Source: Candidatus Spongiisocius sp. (GTDB taxonomy: Bacteria > Actinomycetota > Acidimicrobiia > Spongiisociales > Spongiisociaceae). From it: a stretch of DNA of 64,000 nucleotides. The notes below the pieces were generated by a model. It saw only the letters and a program-made list of their open reading frames with translations. It did no database searches and had not been told where the DNA came from. The stretch spans positions 3,091,063 through 3,155,062 of the forward strand of contig OZ241858.1 of NCBI GenBank assembly GCA_965203035.1, in the 5' to 3' direction. Made by a program: the position numbers and the translations under genes. This document shows positions 46,472 to 61,202 of this stretch, one piece after another. Numbering within the stretch: position 1 is the first letter of the stretch; each line of letters begins with the position of its first letter.

Positions 46472-46573
46472 ATGCCGACCAGCGCAGCCTTCACCGGAGG
46501 CGGGGGACCGGGGGAACCGACCATGCCGACCAGCGCAGCCTTCACCGGAGGCGGGGGACCGGGGGAACCGACC
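46472..46573 (+). repeat. Perfect 51-nt tandem duplication (2 units) including the lexA start codon
   Basis: ATGCCGACCAGCGCAGCCTTCACCGGAGGCGGGGGACCGGGGGAACCGACC occurs twice in tandem, in frame (MPTSAAFTGGGGPGEPT x2). Confidence 0.9.
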
Positions 46574-47224
46574 GACCTGCCGCCCCGGCAGCAACAGATC
46601 CTCGAGTTGATCCGGAAGAGGGTGGCCGAGCAGGGTTACCCGCCCTCGGTGCGGGAGATTGGGGAATATCTGGGCCTCCGCTCGCCCGCCAGCGTCCACC
46701 GCCACCTCAAGGGTCTGGAAGACGCGGGCCATATCAGGCGTGACTCCACCAAGCCCCGCGCCATCGTGGTGCTGACCCGGAGCGCGGACGAACCGGCCCT
46801 TCCATCGGCGACGACCCGTGACGTTCCCCTCCTGGGGCGGATCGCGGCCGGCGCGCCGATCCTGGCCGAGGAGAACGTCGAGGAAGTCATGCCCCTACCC
46901 CAGTCGCTGGTGGGAACCGGGGGACCGCTCTTCATGCTCGAGGTGCGGGGCGACTCGATGGTCGATGCCGGCATCCTCAACGGCGACATGGTCGTGGTAC
47001 GTAGCCAACCCCACGCCGAGAACGGGGAGATCGTGGCGTTCCTGATCGAGGGGGAGGAGGCCACCGTCAAGCGCTTGGAAAGGCGCCCCGGGGAGGTCGT
47101 CCTCCACTCCTCCAACCCCGACTACCCGCCAATGGTGTACAGCTCGGGGGTAGAAATCCTCGGCAAGGTAGTGGCCGTGCTACGCAGCATGGCCGCCGGT
47201 CCCTCCCGGTTCAGGCCGGGATAG
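46472..47224 (+). CDS. lexA: LexA repressor (S24 peptidase) with duplicated 17-aa N-terminus
   Basis: AAGGAG RBS before ATG 46472. An HTH is followed by the conserved Ser (GDSMV) and Lys (VKRL) of the S24 autoprotease. The first 51 nt are repeated exactly at 46523..46573. Confidence 0.9.
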   Translation: MPTSAAFTGGGGPGEPTMPTSAAFTGGGGPGEPTDLPPRQQQILELIRKRVAEQGYPPSVREIGEYLGLRSPASVHRHLKGLEDAGHIRRDSTKPRAIVVLTRSADEPALPSATTRDVPLLGRIAAGAPILAEENVEEVMPLPQSLVGTGGPLFMLEVRGDSMVDAGILNGDMVVVRSQPHAENGEIVAFLIEGEEATVKRLERRPGEVVLHSSNPDYPPMVYSSGVEILGKVVAVLRSMAAGPSRFRPG

Positions 47225-47978
47225 TCCCTGCGAACACGGATACGGCCGGGCCTCTGATCCAGGCCGCCTCGCCGGTCAATTCCACACCGAGGCTGCCACC
47301 GGGATACCGGATCTCGACAGCCGGTCCGGCTCGACCTTGGGCGTGCGCCACCGCCGCAACGGCCGCCGCGCCCGTCCCGCATGCCCGGGTCTCTCCAGCC
47401 CCTCGCTCCCACACCCGCACCCGGAATGCCCCCGGACCCACCGGAGTGGCGAACTCCACGTTGACGCCGTCGGGGAACGCCGGATGATCCTGCATCAGGG
47501 AGCCGATCTCGCCCAGGTTCAACCCATCGACCTCACCGGGCTCCTCCATGAACGTGACCGCGTGGGGATTGCCCACGCTCACCGAGACGAACTCGTACCC
47601 GGAGCCGGTCACGGAACCGCCGATCCGGTAGGCGCCGAGCTCCGCGCGGACGGATCCGTCTGCCATCACCTCGACTTCGCTGGGACCGGTCGGGGTGTCC
47701 ACGATGAACCTACGGCCATCCACCCATCCCCGATCGAACAAGTAGCGAGCCACGCATCGGAGCCCGTTGCCGCACGACTCGGCGACCGAGCCGTCCGAGT
47801 TCCAAAGGCTCATCCGGGCGGCGGCGCCGGGATGAGCCGGCTCGGAGATCACGAGAACCCCGTCCGCCCCGATGCCGAGGCGGCGATCGCACCACGCCCG
47901 CACCTGATCGGGGTCGGGTGCGAGGCCTTCGGTCACGACGAAGTCGTTGCCCATGCCCTCCATCTTCAGGAACTCCAA
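47211..47978 (-). CDS. dapF: Diaminopimelate epimerase
   Basis: MEFLKMEGMGNDFVV...NSDGSVAESCGNGLRC...CGTGAAA. Confidence 0.85.
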   Translation of the reverse strand: MEFLKMEGMGNDFVVTEGLAPDPDQVRAWCDRRLGIGADGVLVISEPAHPGAAARMSLWNSDGSVAESCGNGLRCVARYLFDRGWVDGRRFIVDTPTGPSEVEVMADGSVRAELGAYRIGGSVTGSGYEFVSVSVGNPHAVTFMEEPGEVDGLNLGEIGSLMQDHPAFPDGVNVEFATPVGPGAFRVRVWERGAGETRACGTGAAAVAAVAHAQGRAGPAVEIRYPGGSLGVELTGEAAWIRGPAVSVFAGTIPA

Positions 47979-48913
47979 GAGGTCATCTCCCCGATCGCTC
48001 GATCAGCCGCCGCATAGCGGACCGCCAGGTCCGGATGCCAGGCCAGCCACCTTATTCTCGGGTCGCGCCCGAAGTATGTGCGTTGTTTCCGGGCGAGGGC
48101 CATGGTGGCTCGGACGGTAGCTTCCCGCCCTTCACCAACGGTGCAGGTCCCGGCCACCACCGGAAGCATCTGGCGATACCCCACGGCCGACGATGCGGTC
48201 TGGCCCAGCCGGTCCGCCAACCCGGCCACTTCCGCGACCAGCCCGGCCCCGAGCATCTGATCGATCCGGCGCTCCACCCGCTCGCCGAGCGTGTCGCCCG
48301 GGTCGACTCCGACTGCGACGAACGGCACCTCCGGCCGGTAGTTCTTCACCCGCTCGAACTGCGGATCGGCTGCCCGCTCTGTTGGAGTCCCACCCGCCAG
48401 CCGCACGATTTCGAGGGCTCGGCTCACGCGGCGGGGGTTGGCCAGGTCCACATGGTCACCCGCCCCGGGATCGACCTCCAGGAGCTCGGCCACGGCGTCG
48501 CTGCGGGACATCCCATCGACCGCAACCCTCACCGCCCGGTCGGAAGGCGGGAACCGTAGCGGATCCACCATTGACCGGAAGTAGAGGCCCGAGCCCCCCA
48601 CGATCACCACCGGCCGCTCCCGGGCCGCGATCGCTGCCATGGCTGCCCGCCCCGTCCGTTGGAACTCCGCCACCGCGTAGTCCGTATCGGGATCAACCAG
48701 GTCGATCATGTGATGACGCACCTCGGCCTGATCGGCCGGCGACGGCTTGGCCGTCCCGATGTCCATTCCCCGGTAGACCTGCATCGAGTCCACCGATACG
48801 ATCTCTCCGCCGCACCGCCTGGCCAGCTCCATCCCCAGGTCGCTCTTCCCCGACGCGGTGGGTCCCAGAACGGCGATGATCCGACTCGGGTGATGGGGCG
48901 GACCCTGAGGCAC
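47966..48913 (-). CDS. miaA: tRNA dimethylallyltransferase
   Basis: P-loop GPTASGKS and the DSMQVYRGMDIGTAKP motif. Confidence 0.9.
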   Translation of the reverse strand: MPQGPPHHPSRIIAVLGPTASGKSDLGMELARRCGGEIVSVDSMQVYRGMDIGTAKPSPADQAEVRHHMIDLVDPDTDYAVAEFQRTGRAAMAAIAARERPVVIVGGSGLYFRSMVDPLRFPPSDRAVRVAVDGMSRSDAVAELLEVDPGAGDHVDLANPRRVSRALEIVRLAGGTPTERAADPQFERVKNYRPEVPFVAVGVDPGDTLGERVERRIDQMLGAGLVAEVAGLADRLGQTASSAVGYRQMLPVVAGTCTVGEGREATVRATMALARKQRTYFGRDPRIRWLAWHPDLAVRYAAADRAIGEMTSWSS

Positions 48914-48931
48914 TAGGTCCCGCTCCGGGCC

Positions 48932-50320
48932 TCAGGCGGGAGCGCCGACCAGGTAGTGCGCCCCGGCCCGCTCGATCGTCACATCCATCAGGCTTCCCGG
49001 GGTGAACTCGCCATCGACATGGACTATCTTGTTGCCCCGGCTCCGCGTGGTGGCCACCGAAGGGTTCCGTTTGGAGGGTCCCTCCACCAGCACCTCCATG
49101 CGCCGGCCCACGTGACGCCGGTTGCGCTCCGACCCGATGCGGGTCTGCATCTCCACCAGGCGCCCGAACCGTTCCTTCGCCACGGAGTCGGGTACGAAGC
49201 GGTCGGTCATCGCGGCCGCCCTGGTCCCCGGACGAGCCGAGAACAGGAACATGTAGGCCTGGTCGAAACGAGCCTCCTCGACCACCTCGAGGGTCTTCTG
49301 GAAATCCTCATCGGTCTCGCCGGGAAAGCCCACGATCACATCGGTGGACACGGTCAGATCGGGCATGACTTCCCGGGCCATCGCCAGCCGGTTCAGGAAC
49401 TTCCGGGTCGTGTAGCCCCGATGCATGGCCGCCAGGATCCGGTCGGAGCCCGACTGGAGCGGAAAATGGAGCTGCTCGCACACCGCCTCCGTGTCCGCCA
49501 TCGCCTCTGCCACATCGCGGCGGAAGTCGTTGGGATGGGGGCTGGTGAAGCGGATCCGCCGGATCCCGTCGACCTCACCCACCCGAGCCAGCAGTTGAGC
49601 GAAGATCGGGCGGCGGCGCCCGTCGATGGCCAGGTCCCGCCCGTAGGTATCCACGTTCTGGCCCAGCAGGGTGACCTCGATCACGCCTTCCGCTGCCAGT
49701 TGCTCTATCTCGCGGATGATGTCGCCGGGCCTGCGACTGATCTCCGGCCCCCGGACCGCCGGCACGATGCAGAAGGTGCAGGTGTTGTTGCAGCCGATCT
49801 GGATAGTCACCCACGCCGAATACGGCGACTCCCGGCGGACCGGTAGTTCGGAGGGCATGGTGTCCAGGGCATCCACGATCTCGGTGACAGGACCCCACTC
49901 CTCGGCCTGGTTCATCAGGTCGACCACCCGATGGAGATTGTGCGTGCCGAGTACCACGTCCACCCACGGGGCGCGCTCCCGGACCAACTCCCGGTCCTTC
50001 TGCGCTGCGCAACCGCCGACGATGAGCAGCCGGCCGGACCGGGCATCCTTCACCTGCTTCAACTGGCCCAGATTCCCGTACATCCGGTTGTCGGCGTTCT
50101 CACGGATGGTGCAGGTGTTCACGAATACCACATCGGCCTCGTCCAGGGAGCGGGCCCGCACCATGCCATCCGCCTCGAACAGCCCGGCCACCCGCTCGCT
50201 GTCGTGCTCGTTCATCTGGCAGCCAAAGGTGCGCAGGAAGTAGCTTCGCCCGGCACGCGTTGGCCGGCGCGGCTCCACCGAGCGGCGCGTGGGCGGTGCA
50301 AGCTGGACGATCTGACCCAC
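48932..50320 (-). CDS. miaB: tRNA-2-methylthio-N6-dimethylallyladenosine synthase (radical SAM methylthiotransferase)
   Basis: FGCQMNEHDSE (UPF0004 domain), a CNNTCTFC radical-SAM cluster motif, and a TRAM domain. Confidence 0.9.
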   Translation of the reverse strand: MGQIVQLAPPTRRSVEPRRPTRAGRSYFLRTFGCQMNEHDSERVAGLFEADGMVRARSLDEADVVFVNTCTIRENADNRMYGNLGQLKQVKDARSGRLLIVGGCAAQKDRELVRERAPWVDVVLGTHNLHRVVDLMNQAEEWGPVTEIVDALDTMPSELPVRRESPYSAWVTIQIGCNNTCTFCIVPAVRGPEISRRPGDIIREIEQLAAEGVIEVTLLGQNVDTYGRDLAIDGRRRPIFAQLLARVGEVDGIRRIRFTSPHPNDFRRDVAEAMADTEAVCEQLHFPLQSGSDRILAAMHRGYTTRKFLNRLAMAREVMPDLTVSTDVIVGFPGETDEDFQKTLEVVEEARFDQAYMFLFSARPGTRAAAMTDRFVPDSVAKERFGRLVEMQTRIGSERNRRHVGRRMEVLVEGPSKRNPSVATTRSRGNKIVHVDGEFTPGSLMDVTIERAGAHYLVGAPA

Positions 50321-50324
50321 GGTG

Positions 50325-51857
50325 CTACCGAGCGAAGTCTGTGACCCGGAGTTCCCGGATCACAGTCACTTCGATCTGGCCGGGGTAACGGAGGTCGTTC
50401 TCGAGGCGTCGCGAGATGCGCCGGACCAGGTCGGACGCCTCCAGGTCGGTCACGCTGATCGGATCTACCACCACCCGGACCTCGCGGCCCGCCTGCATGG
50501 CGAACACCCGTTCCACCCCGTCGAACTCGCTGATCAGGTCCTCCATCTTCTCCAGCCGCCTCACATGGGAGGCCAGCTCCACCCGCCTCGCGCCCGGCCG
50601 AGCCGCGGAGACCGTGTCGGCGGCCTGCACGAGGATGGCCAGCAGGGTGCGAGGCTCCACATCGTTGTGGTGCGCCTCGATGCCATGCACCACAGGCGCC
50701 TCCTCGCCAAACCGCCGGGCGATCTCGGCGCCGATCAACGCATGCGCCCCCTCGACCTGGTACGACACCGCCTTGCCGATGTCGTGGAGGAACGCCGCCC
50801 GTTTGATCGGGACGGGATCAACCCCGAGTTCTGCCCCCAGCATGCCGGCGATGTGGGCCGATTCGACCAGGTGGCTGAGAACGTTCTGGCCGTAGGAGGT
50901 GCGGTACTTGAGGCGTCCCAGCAGGGTGACCAACTCCGGATGAATCCGGGAGATGCCTACGTCGAGCAACGCCCACTCGCCGGCGTCGCGGGCCGACTGC
51001 TCCACCTCGGCCTGTGCCTTGGCGTACATGTCCTCGATGGCGGCCGGATGGATGCGTCCGTCCATGATCAGCTTCTCCAGCGTGATCCGGGCGATCTCCC
51101 GCCGAACGGGCTCGAAGCACGAGACCACCACCATCTCGGGCGTCTCGTCCACCACCAGATTGACACCGGTGACGGATTCGAAAGCCCGGATGTTCCGACC
51201 CTCCCGGCCGATGATCCTCCCCTTCATCTCCTCCTCGGGGAGAGGAACGGCCGACACGGTGCTCTCCATGACCACCTCGGTCGATAGGCGCTCGATGGCG
51301 GTGGCAAGGATGCGCCGGGCCCGCCGGTCGGCCTCCTCACGGGCACGCATCTCGCTGTCGCGCACCAGCAGCATCGCCTCCCGCCGGGCCTCGTCACGGA
51401 CCTGCTCGACCAGTTCTTCCCGAGCGGCGCGGGCATCCAGCGCGCTGATCCGCTCCAGGTTGGCCCGGGCGGTCTCGGCGTACTCCTCGAGCTCTCCCCG
51501 AAGCTCGGATACCCCGGCCTCACGATCGAGGAGCATCTGCTCGCGCTGCGCCAGGTTGGAGGCACGCTGCTCCAGAGTCCGTTCCCGCTGCATCAGGCGC
51601 TCCTCGGACGCGCCCACCTCCAGCTTCTTGTGCTCGAGCAGCGCCTCCTCACGCTCACGGTAGGCCTCCGCCCGAGCGCGCCCTTCATCCTCAGCCCTGC
51701 CCAGTATGCGCTGCGCCTCGCGGCGGGCGGTGTCTACGTCAACTCCACGCTCATCCAGCACCTGCCGGCGCAGACGTCCATACATCACGAGCATCGGAAT
51801 CAAGCATCCGATGGCGATTAGCCCTATCCCGGACAGCACGAATAGCGTCGTATCCAT
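50325..51857 (-). CDS. rny: Ribonuclease Y
   Basis: An N-terminal TM segment is followed by a coiled coil, a KH domain (GRIIGREGRNIR) and an HD domain (LHDIGK). Confidence 0.9.
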   Translation of the reverse strand: MDTTLFVLSGIGLIAIGCLIPMLVMYGRLRRQVLDERGVDVDTARREAQRILGRAEDEGRARAEAYREREEALLEHKKLEVGASEERLMQRERTLEQRASNLAQREQMLLDREAGVSELRGELEEYAETARANLERISALDARAAREELVEQVRDEARREAMLLVRDSEMRAREEADRRARRILATAIERLSTEVVMESTVSAVPLPEEEMKGRIIGREGRNIRAFESVTGVNLVVDETPEMVVVSCFEPVRREIARITLEKLIMDGRIHPAAIEDMYAKAQAEVEQSARDAGEWALLDVGISRIHPELVTLLGRLKYRTSYGQNVLSHLVESAHIAGMLGAELGVDPVPIKRAAFLHDIGKAVSYQVEGAHALIGAEIARRFGEEAPVVHGIEAHHNDVEPRTLLAILVQAADTVSAARPGARRVELASHVRRLEKMEDLISEFDGVERVFAMQAGREVRVVVDPISVTDLEASDLVRRISRRLENDLRYPGQIEVTVIRELRVTDFAR

Positions 51858-52147
51858 GGAGCGGCCTCCCGATCTCTCAGTCCCCGACGACCCGCCAACC
51901 GGTTGGTCAGCCTTCGTTGCTGGCCGCCAACCGGAAAGAGGACACCTTCTAGAACAGGCTCAGAACTTGTCAGCAGGCCGCCGGGCCCACCCCAGGGATC
52001 CGGCGCGGCGGGGAGTTTCCTCAGCTACGCGCCGGCGAATTCGCCTGTCGCGGACGGGCGTCGTTCACCTCCATCTGAGCGTTCCGGCAGGTGGTCACTT
52101 CTGTCCTCGGGTATTCGTTCTTGTGTGTGGGTCGGACATTCTAGTGG

Positions 52148-52310
52148 TCTGTCTGTGTGATGGCCGTGTGGTATGGCGTCGGCAGCGGCGTTTCTCGCAA
52201 GGCCCGCTGACGAAGGCGTGCCCGCAGCGGCACGTCAAGGAAGCGGAACGCAGCGACGGGACACCGATGACCGCCAGACCACACTCGGCTATTTCACAGA
52301 CAGACCACAA
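52148..52310. repeat. Third (diverged, ~75% identical) copy of the ~160-nt structured element, immediately downstream of the 5S rRNA
   Basis: Aligns to the 38278 units along GGCGTCGGCAGCGGCGT..GCAAGG..CTGACGAAGGCGT..CCCGCAG..GCGGAACGCAGC..CACAGACAGACCAC. The hairpin CGTGCC-CGCAGC-GGCACG carries compensatory changes relative to CGTACCC-GCA-GGGTACG. Confidence 0.65.
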
Positions 52311-52383
52311 GTGGCTGCGGAGGCGCGAGCCTCGCTGCAACAACGCGAGGGCCGCCCGAACGAATCGGACGGCCCTCAACGTA

Positions 52384-52503
<120 letters not shown>

Positions 52504-52584
52504 GACATAGATTGTTCAGTCCCCCACCCACAACGGGCGAGGGGTGCTCCTCGAGCACTCCATAGCGAGCATGAAAACGCCTGA

Positions 52585-55661
<3,077 letters not shown>

Positions 55662-55968
55662 TTATAGAGTTCAAGACGATTCATGCTCGCTATGCAGTTC
55701 TCAAAGAGCACCAGGACTCCTTCACAACTGAACAGCGTGTCCGGCCATCTCCCCTGCCCATCAAAGGAGTTCGCCCTCGCCTCAAGTGCGTGGGCACCTC
55801 AACTTCTCAGGATAGAAACCGATGGCCGAGTAACCGAAAAATCAACTAAGAGCGAAGAACCGAGGTCTGAGACCCCGATACTCCTCCTGGAGATGTCGTG
55901 ATCCCCAGGCTTTGAGACGTCGAAGTGGTTGCCCTCTCCGCGTCTCTCGGTGCTCCTTAGAAAGGAGG

Positions 55969-57490
<1,522 letters not shown>

Positions 57491-57941
57491 AGTCTTTCGA
57501 TCCCGCCGACCGCCACGAGGGCGGCGGAGGCATCTGAATCCTGTCATGTGTCCCGGCAGCCGGTACGCAACGAGGCGTAAGGCTGCCAGGTAGGTTCGAT
57601 CCAAATCTGTCAATGCCAGGCATCGACAGCTTGGGAGTACATTCCCCGATGGCCGGCGCCCTCAGGCCCAGCCACAGGAATGACTTTCTTTTCGGCTTTT
57701 GACACGCTGTTCAGTTGTCAAGGAGCCCTGATCCGCAGCTCCTGCGGTACTGGCAACTCCGGCTCCGCCGATAGCTCGCCCCTCACCAGGGAGGGAAGAC
57801 GAACCAGCCGCCTGAATCAGACGAACGGAGGCGAGGCAGCCAGCCGCATAACTATAGCAGGTCTTGGCGACCTTGCGATTCCGAGATCGAAGGGGGAACC
57901 GCATGATCCGAGTCGCTATCACTAAGTGCTAGCATATAGGT

Positions 57942-58151
57942 ATGGCTACCATGAGAACCACCTTCACCCTGGACAGACAGCTCGCAGAGCAGGCTCGCCA
58001 GATGAACATCAACCTGTCCGCGGCCGCCCGCGCCGGCGTCAGAGAGGCGGTCTGCGCCGCGCTGGTTCGGAAGGACCGGGACGCGTACCGGGACCATCCC
58101 GAGCAGCCCGACCCGTTCTGGGAGGGCGCCGAGGCCTGGGGCGAAGAGTGA
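57942..58151 (+). CDS. Type II antitoxin (RHH/MazE-like)
   Basis: 69 aa. The N-terminus MRTTFTLDRQLAEQARQM is RHH-like. Its stop overlaps the toxin GTG (GTGA). Confidence 0.55.
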   Translation: MATMRTTFTLDRQLAEQARQMNINLSAAARAGVREAVCAALVRKDRDAYRDHPEQPDPFWEGAEAWGEE

Positions 58152-58456
58152 CACGCGGGGACGTCTGCCTGGCTCGGGTAGGTCGCAAGAAGCGTCCGGT
58201 TCTGGTACTTACCCGGCCCGGGGTTATCGACGTGCGCAGTTTCGTCACCGTGGCCGAAGTGACCACGTCGATCCGCGGTCTAGCAGCCGAGGTGCACTTA
58301 GACCAGCAGGAGGCAGGCCTCGAACGCGTCTCTGTCATCAACTGTGACGACCTTCATACCGTCGCGAAGTCATCGCTATCCGAGCCGATCGGCACCGTGG
58401 ACCGCGTAACGATGCAGGCGGTTTGCCGGGCGGTGACCTACGCCTTGGGCTGTTGA
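58148..58456 (+). CDS. MazF/PemK-family endoribonuclease toxin
   Basis: The GTG start gives MTRGDVCLARVGRKKRPVLVLTRPGV, the MazF N-terminal hallmark (RGDI/V..KxRPxLVL). The protein is 102 aa. The track's 176-aa form has a spurious upstream extension. Confidence 0.7.
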   Translation: MTRGDVCLARVGRKKRPVLVLTRPGVIDVRSFVTVAEVTTSIRGLAAEVHLDQQEAGLERVSVINCDDLHTVAKSSLSEPIGTVDRVTMQAVCRAVTYALGC

Positions 58457-59712
58457 AGGGGACTATCTGCCAAGCGCACGAAACGCCGCTTACCGACCGA
58501 TATCACCGTGGCGTCCGCACCGGAGAGCAGACTCAGCCTCCCGACCGACTCCTCGGTCATTTTCTCACCGTTGATGCGGACCGCCCCCTGAGAAAGCATC
58601 CGCCTTCCCTCGCTCCTCGACGCCACCAGCCCCGCATCGGCCAGCAGGGCGGGCAGGTACACCTCGCCCTCGGGCTCTCCGGGTGGGAGCCGGTGGGTCG
58701 GGATGTCGTCCGGGATCTCTCGGAGTACGAACTGGCGGTCGAAGGCCCGCTCCTCGATCTCGCCCTGACCCGGCAGGTAGCGGTCCACGACCGCCCGAGC
58801 CAGGCGGCGCTTAGCCTGGTTCGGGTGCAAGCTCCCGTCCGCCAGGGCGGCCACCGCGGCGTCTATCTCCTCGATCGGCAACCCGGAGGCGAGCCTGTAC
58901 CACTGTGGCATCGCCGAATCGGGGATGCTCATGGTCTTGCCGAACATCTCGCTGTACGGCGGGGAGATATTGACGTAGTTCCCCAGCGACTGGGACATCT
59001 TCTTCCTGCCGTCGGTGCCTACGAGCAATGGCATGGTGAGCACCATCTGCGGCGCCTGGTCGTAGCGCTGCTGGACCTGGCGCCCCATCATCAGGTTGAA
59101 GAGCTGGTCGGTGCCGCCGAGTTCCACATCGGCCTCGACGGCCACCGAGTCGTAACCCTGGAGCAGCGGGTACATGAACTCCATCATCGAGATGGGTCGG
59201 CGGGCGGCGAAGCGCTTGGCGAAGTCGTCCCGCTCCAGCATCTGCGCCAGGGTCGTCGACGCGGTGAGCTCCAGCACTTCGCGCATGTCGAGTTCGGCCA
59301 GCCAGTCGGAGTTGGGACGGATTTCCAGCGCGTCCTCGTCCGTACGCAGTATTTCCCCGAAGTGCCTCTTCACCGAGTTGGCGAACCATTCGACCTGTGT
59401 CGCGGTAAGACGCTTCCTCGTCTCGGACTGACCACTGGGGTCGCCCACCTGGGCGGTGAAAGTCCCGAGGATGAGCACCGCCTTGTGGCCGAGATCCTGG
59501 AACTCCCGCAGCTTCCAGAGCACGACCGCCCAACCAAGGGTGATGACGTTGGCGGTGGGGTCGAGGCCGAGCTTCACCCGTAGCGGGCGACCCGTCTCCT
59601 TGGAATCCCTGATGCGATCGACCAGTTCCTCACTGGCCGGGAGGAACGTGTCGATGTCGCGCAGCAGGTAATCGGCCTGCTGCTCAGGTGTCATACCGGG
59701 TCCGGGCGTCAC
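58438..59712 (-). CDS. tyrS: Tyrosine--tRNA ligase
   Basis: 424 aa with the KMSQS motif (KMSKS variant) and a C-terminal S4 domain. Confidence 0.9.
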   Translation of the reverse strand: MTPGPGMTPEQQADYLLRDIDTFLPASEELVDRIRDSKETGRPLRVKLGLDPTANVITLGWAVVLWKLREFQDLGHKAVLILGTFTAQVGDPSGQSETRKRLTATQVEWFANSVKRHFGEILRTDEDALEIRPNSDWLAELDMREVLELTASTTLAQMLERDDFAKRFAARRPISMMEFMYPLLQGYDSVAVEADVELGGTDQLFNLMMGRQVQQRYDQAPQMVLTMPLLVGTDGRKKMSQSLGNYVNISPPYSEMFGKTMSIPDSAMPQWYRLASGLPIEEIDAAVAALADGSLHPNQAKRRLARAVVDRYLPGQGEIEERAFDRQFVLREIPDDIPTHRLPPGEPEGEVYLPALLADAGLVASRSEGRRMLSQGAVRINGEKMTEESVGRLSLLSGADATVISVGKRRFVRLADSPLQQPKA

Positions 59713-59757
59713 GGGGCGAGATTAGCCCCCGGGAACTCGCCACCGGCCGTGGGTGAC

Positions 59758-60318
59758 TCATCGTCCATCGTCGACGACGAACCGCCACGGGCGTTCTGCT
59801 TCCCGGCTGATCCCGATCCGCGGCGTGCGCAAGACCGGACCAGCGTCCGGAGCGGGCCCTTCCTCCAGGCGCACCGGACCGGCCAGCACCGATGTCCCGT
59901 CGTGATCCCCCGTGATCCCCAGCGCCTGAGTCAGTTTGCCGGGACCGTCGGTCAGATGGTCCCGGCGCCCGCGCCGGGCCCGCACCAACTCCATACCCTC
60001 GACCACCCGGCCGCCCCTGATCAGCACCGCCTCACCCGTACCCTCGGAACCGGTCACCACGTTCGCGCACCAGTGAATCCCGTAGGACCGGTAGACGTAC
60101 AGCGTGCCGGCCGGGCCGAACATGGATGTGTTGCGAACGGTGCGGCCGCGGTAGGCGTGGGAGGCCGGATCGTCAGCGCCCCCGTAGGCCTCGACTTCCT
60201 CGATGACCACTGCGGTCGTCCCGCCGAAGTCGGTGCTCAGCCGGTGACCGAGCAGCCGTCGCGCCACCTCCTCCACCGGCCCGCACAGGTCCGGCACTAA
60301 CCCGGACAGATCCGGCAC
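59758..60318 (-). CDS. mpg: DNA-3-methyladenine glycosylase (AAG/Mpg family)
   Basis: YRGRTVRNTSMFGPAGTLYVYRSYGIHWC is the Mpg signature. The mpg-tyrS adjacency matches mycobacteria. Confidence 0.85.
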   Translation of the reverse strand: MPDLSGLVPDLCGPVEEVARRLLGHRLSTDFGGTTAVVIEEVEAYGGADDPASHAYRGRTVRNTSMFGPAGTLYVYRSYGIHWCANVVTGSEGTGEAVLIRGGRVVEGMELVRARRGRRDHLTDGPGKLTQALGITGDHDGTSVLAGPVRLEEGPAPDAGPVLRTPRIGISREAERPWRFVVDDGR

Positions 60319-61198
60319 TAACCGAGGAGATCGAGCAGGATGGCCTTCATCGAGTGGAGCCGGTTCTCCGCCTGATCGAACACCCGGGACCTGGGGTGGT
60401 CGACCACGGCGTCGGTCACCTCCTCACCCCGGTGGGCGGGCAGGCAGTGAAGGAATATGGCGTCAGGCCCGGCCCGCGCGAACAATTCCTCGTCCACCCG
60501 GTAGCCGGCGAACGCCAGCGCCCGCTCCGACGCCTCCTCCTCCTGACCCATCGACGCCCACACATCCGTGTAGACCACGTCGGCTCCGTCCACTGCCTCG
60601 ATATCCGGCGTGACCGTGATCCGGCCCTCGCCCCCGGCCACCAGGTCGTCAAGAGGCTCGAACCCGGCCGGGCTCACCACCCGCATCCGGCCCCCCAGCC
60701 TGGCCACCCCGAGCATCAGGCTGTGGCATACGTTGTTGCCGTCTCCCACGTAGGCCACCACCGATCCGGCGATCTCGCAGTGCTCGGCAATGGTCTGCAG
60801 ATCGGCCACCGCCTGGCAGGGGTGTTCGATGTCCGAGAGGAGGTTCACCACGGGAGCGTCGGCGTGCTCGGCCATTTCCACCAGCACCCGGTGGTCAAAG
60901 ACCCGCATCGCCACCAGGTCCAGGTACCGATCCAGCACCCGGGCCACGTCGCGAACCGCTTCCCTAGATCCGATACCAACCTCGTTCTGACCCAGGACCA
61001 CCGGGTGGGCCCCCAGGTCGACCGCCGCTATCTCGCTCGACACCCTGGTGCGCGTGGAGGGCTTCTCGAAGAACAGTCCGATCCGGGCGCCGGCCAGAGC
61101 ACCTGACCTGAAGCTGCGATCATGACGGAACCGGGATGCTGATTCCACCAGGCGCTCCAGAACTCCCCGGTCGAGGTCGGCGATCCCCAGGAAGTCGT

Positions 61199-61202
<4 letters not shown>
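60318..61202 (-). CDS. argF: Ornithine carbamoyltransferase
   Basis: The STRTR, HCLP and DVWASMGQE motifs are present. The ATG overlaps the pheT stop (ATGA). Confidence 0.8.
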
